Origin: Pavona decussata
Taxonomy: Eukaryota
Assembly: GCA_977016875.1 (NCBI GenBank)
Contig: CDRNST010000020.1
Span: 5,270,001 to 5,334,000, forward strand
Reading direction: 5' to 3'
DNA length: 64,000 bases
Part shown: piece after piece, positions 63,676 to 64,000 of the stretch
How the letters are laid out: each line of letters opens with the position of its first letter
Numbering within the stretch: the stretch's first letter is position 1
The notes under the pieces: model-generated
Told to the model about the DNA's origin: nothing
Seen by the model: only the letters and a program-made list of their open reading frames with translations
Databases searched by the model: none
Position numbers and translations under genes: made by a program

Positions 63676-64000
63676 TTACAACTGAAGTATTTGAGATTTT
63701 GGTAGGCTCAATTACCAGCAGCTGTTTAGGAAATGAGCCTGCGCTCCTCCCCTGAAAGTCTCTTCTCGGGATCGAACCAGAGAGAGCGGCGAAAACCTCC
63801 ACTTATTTTTCTTTACTTACATAAAATATTACTTAAAGAAATGATCGACAGATTGGTGGAAGTAAAAAAGGAGGTCTCCTTCTCGATGTTAAGGGACAGG
63901 ACTTGCTAGAGTCACCTCTTCAGTAGTCGATTTCTTGGCTTTGGCAACTACAATCACTGATGGCTTCTTTAAGCAACTTCAGGTATGGAGCTTTACGGCG

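Overview
Eukaryotic, AT-rich genomic DNA with GT-AG introns. It is almost certainly an invertebrate animal, and the repeat and TE repertoire suggests a cnidarian such as a stony coral (inference). No intact host gene, prokaryotic operon, rRNA or CRISPR array is supported. The window is a dense, nested transposon graveyard. From left to right it holds: an AcademH-like element (RecQ-like helicase convergent with a DUF6589-type transposase) whose core is replaced by an R2-like RT fragment; a Crypton-like 5' piece; an L2/CR1 tail; a near-intact ZMYM1-like hAT transposon with a 5-bp TSD; orphan minus-strand ORF remnants; an EnSpm/CMC two-gene remnant; a DIRS1 3' end; a tRNA-like pseudogene; many MITEs; an Ngaro retrotransposon with split direct repeats spanning 33.6-45.2 kb, an SGNH hydrolase at its 5' end and ~8.5 kb of nested material including a 1.5-kb inversion; a Transib/RAG1-like remnant; a Harbinger transposase; and a full-length BEL/Pao LTR element inside a Tx1/L1 LINE. 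Family assignments come from recognised protein motifs and terminal structures read by eye, not from database searches.
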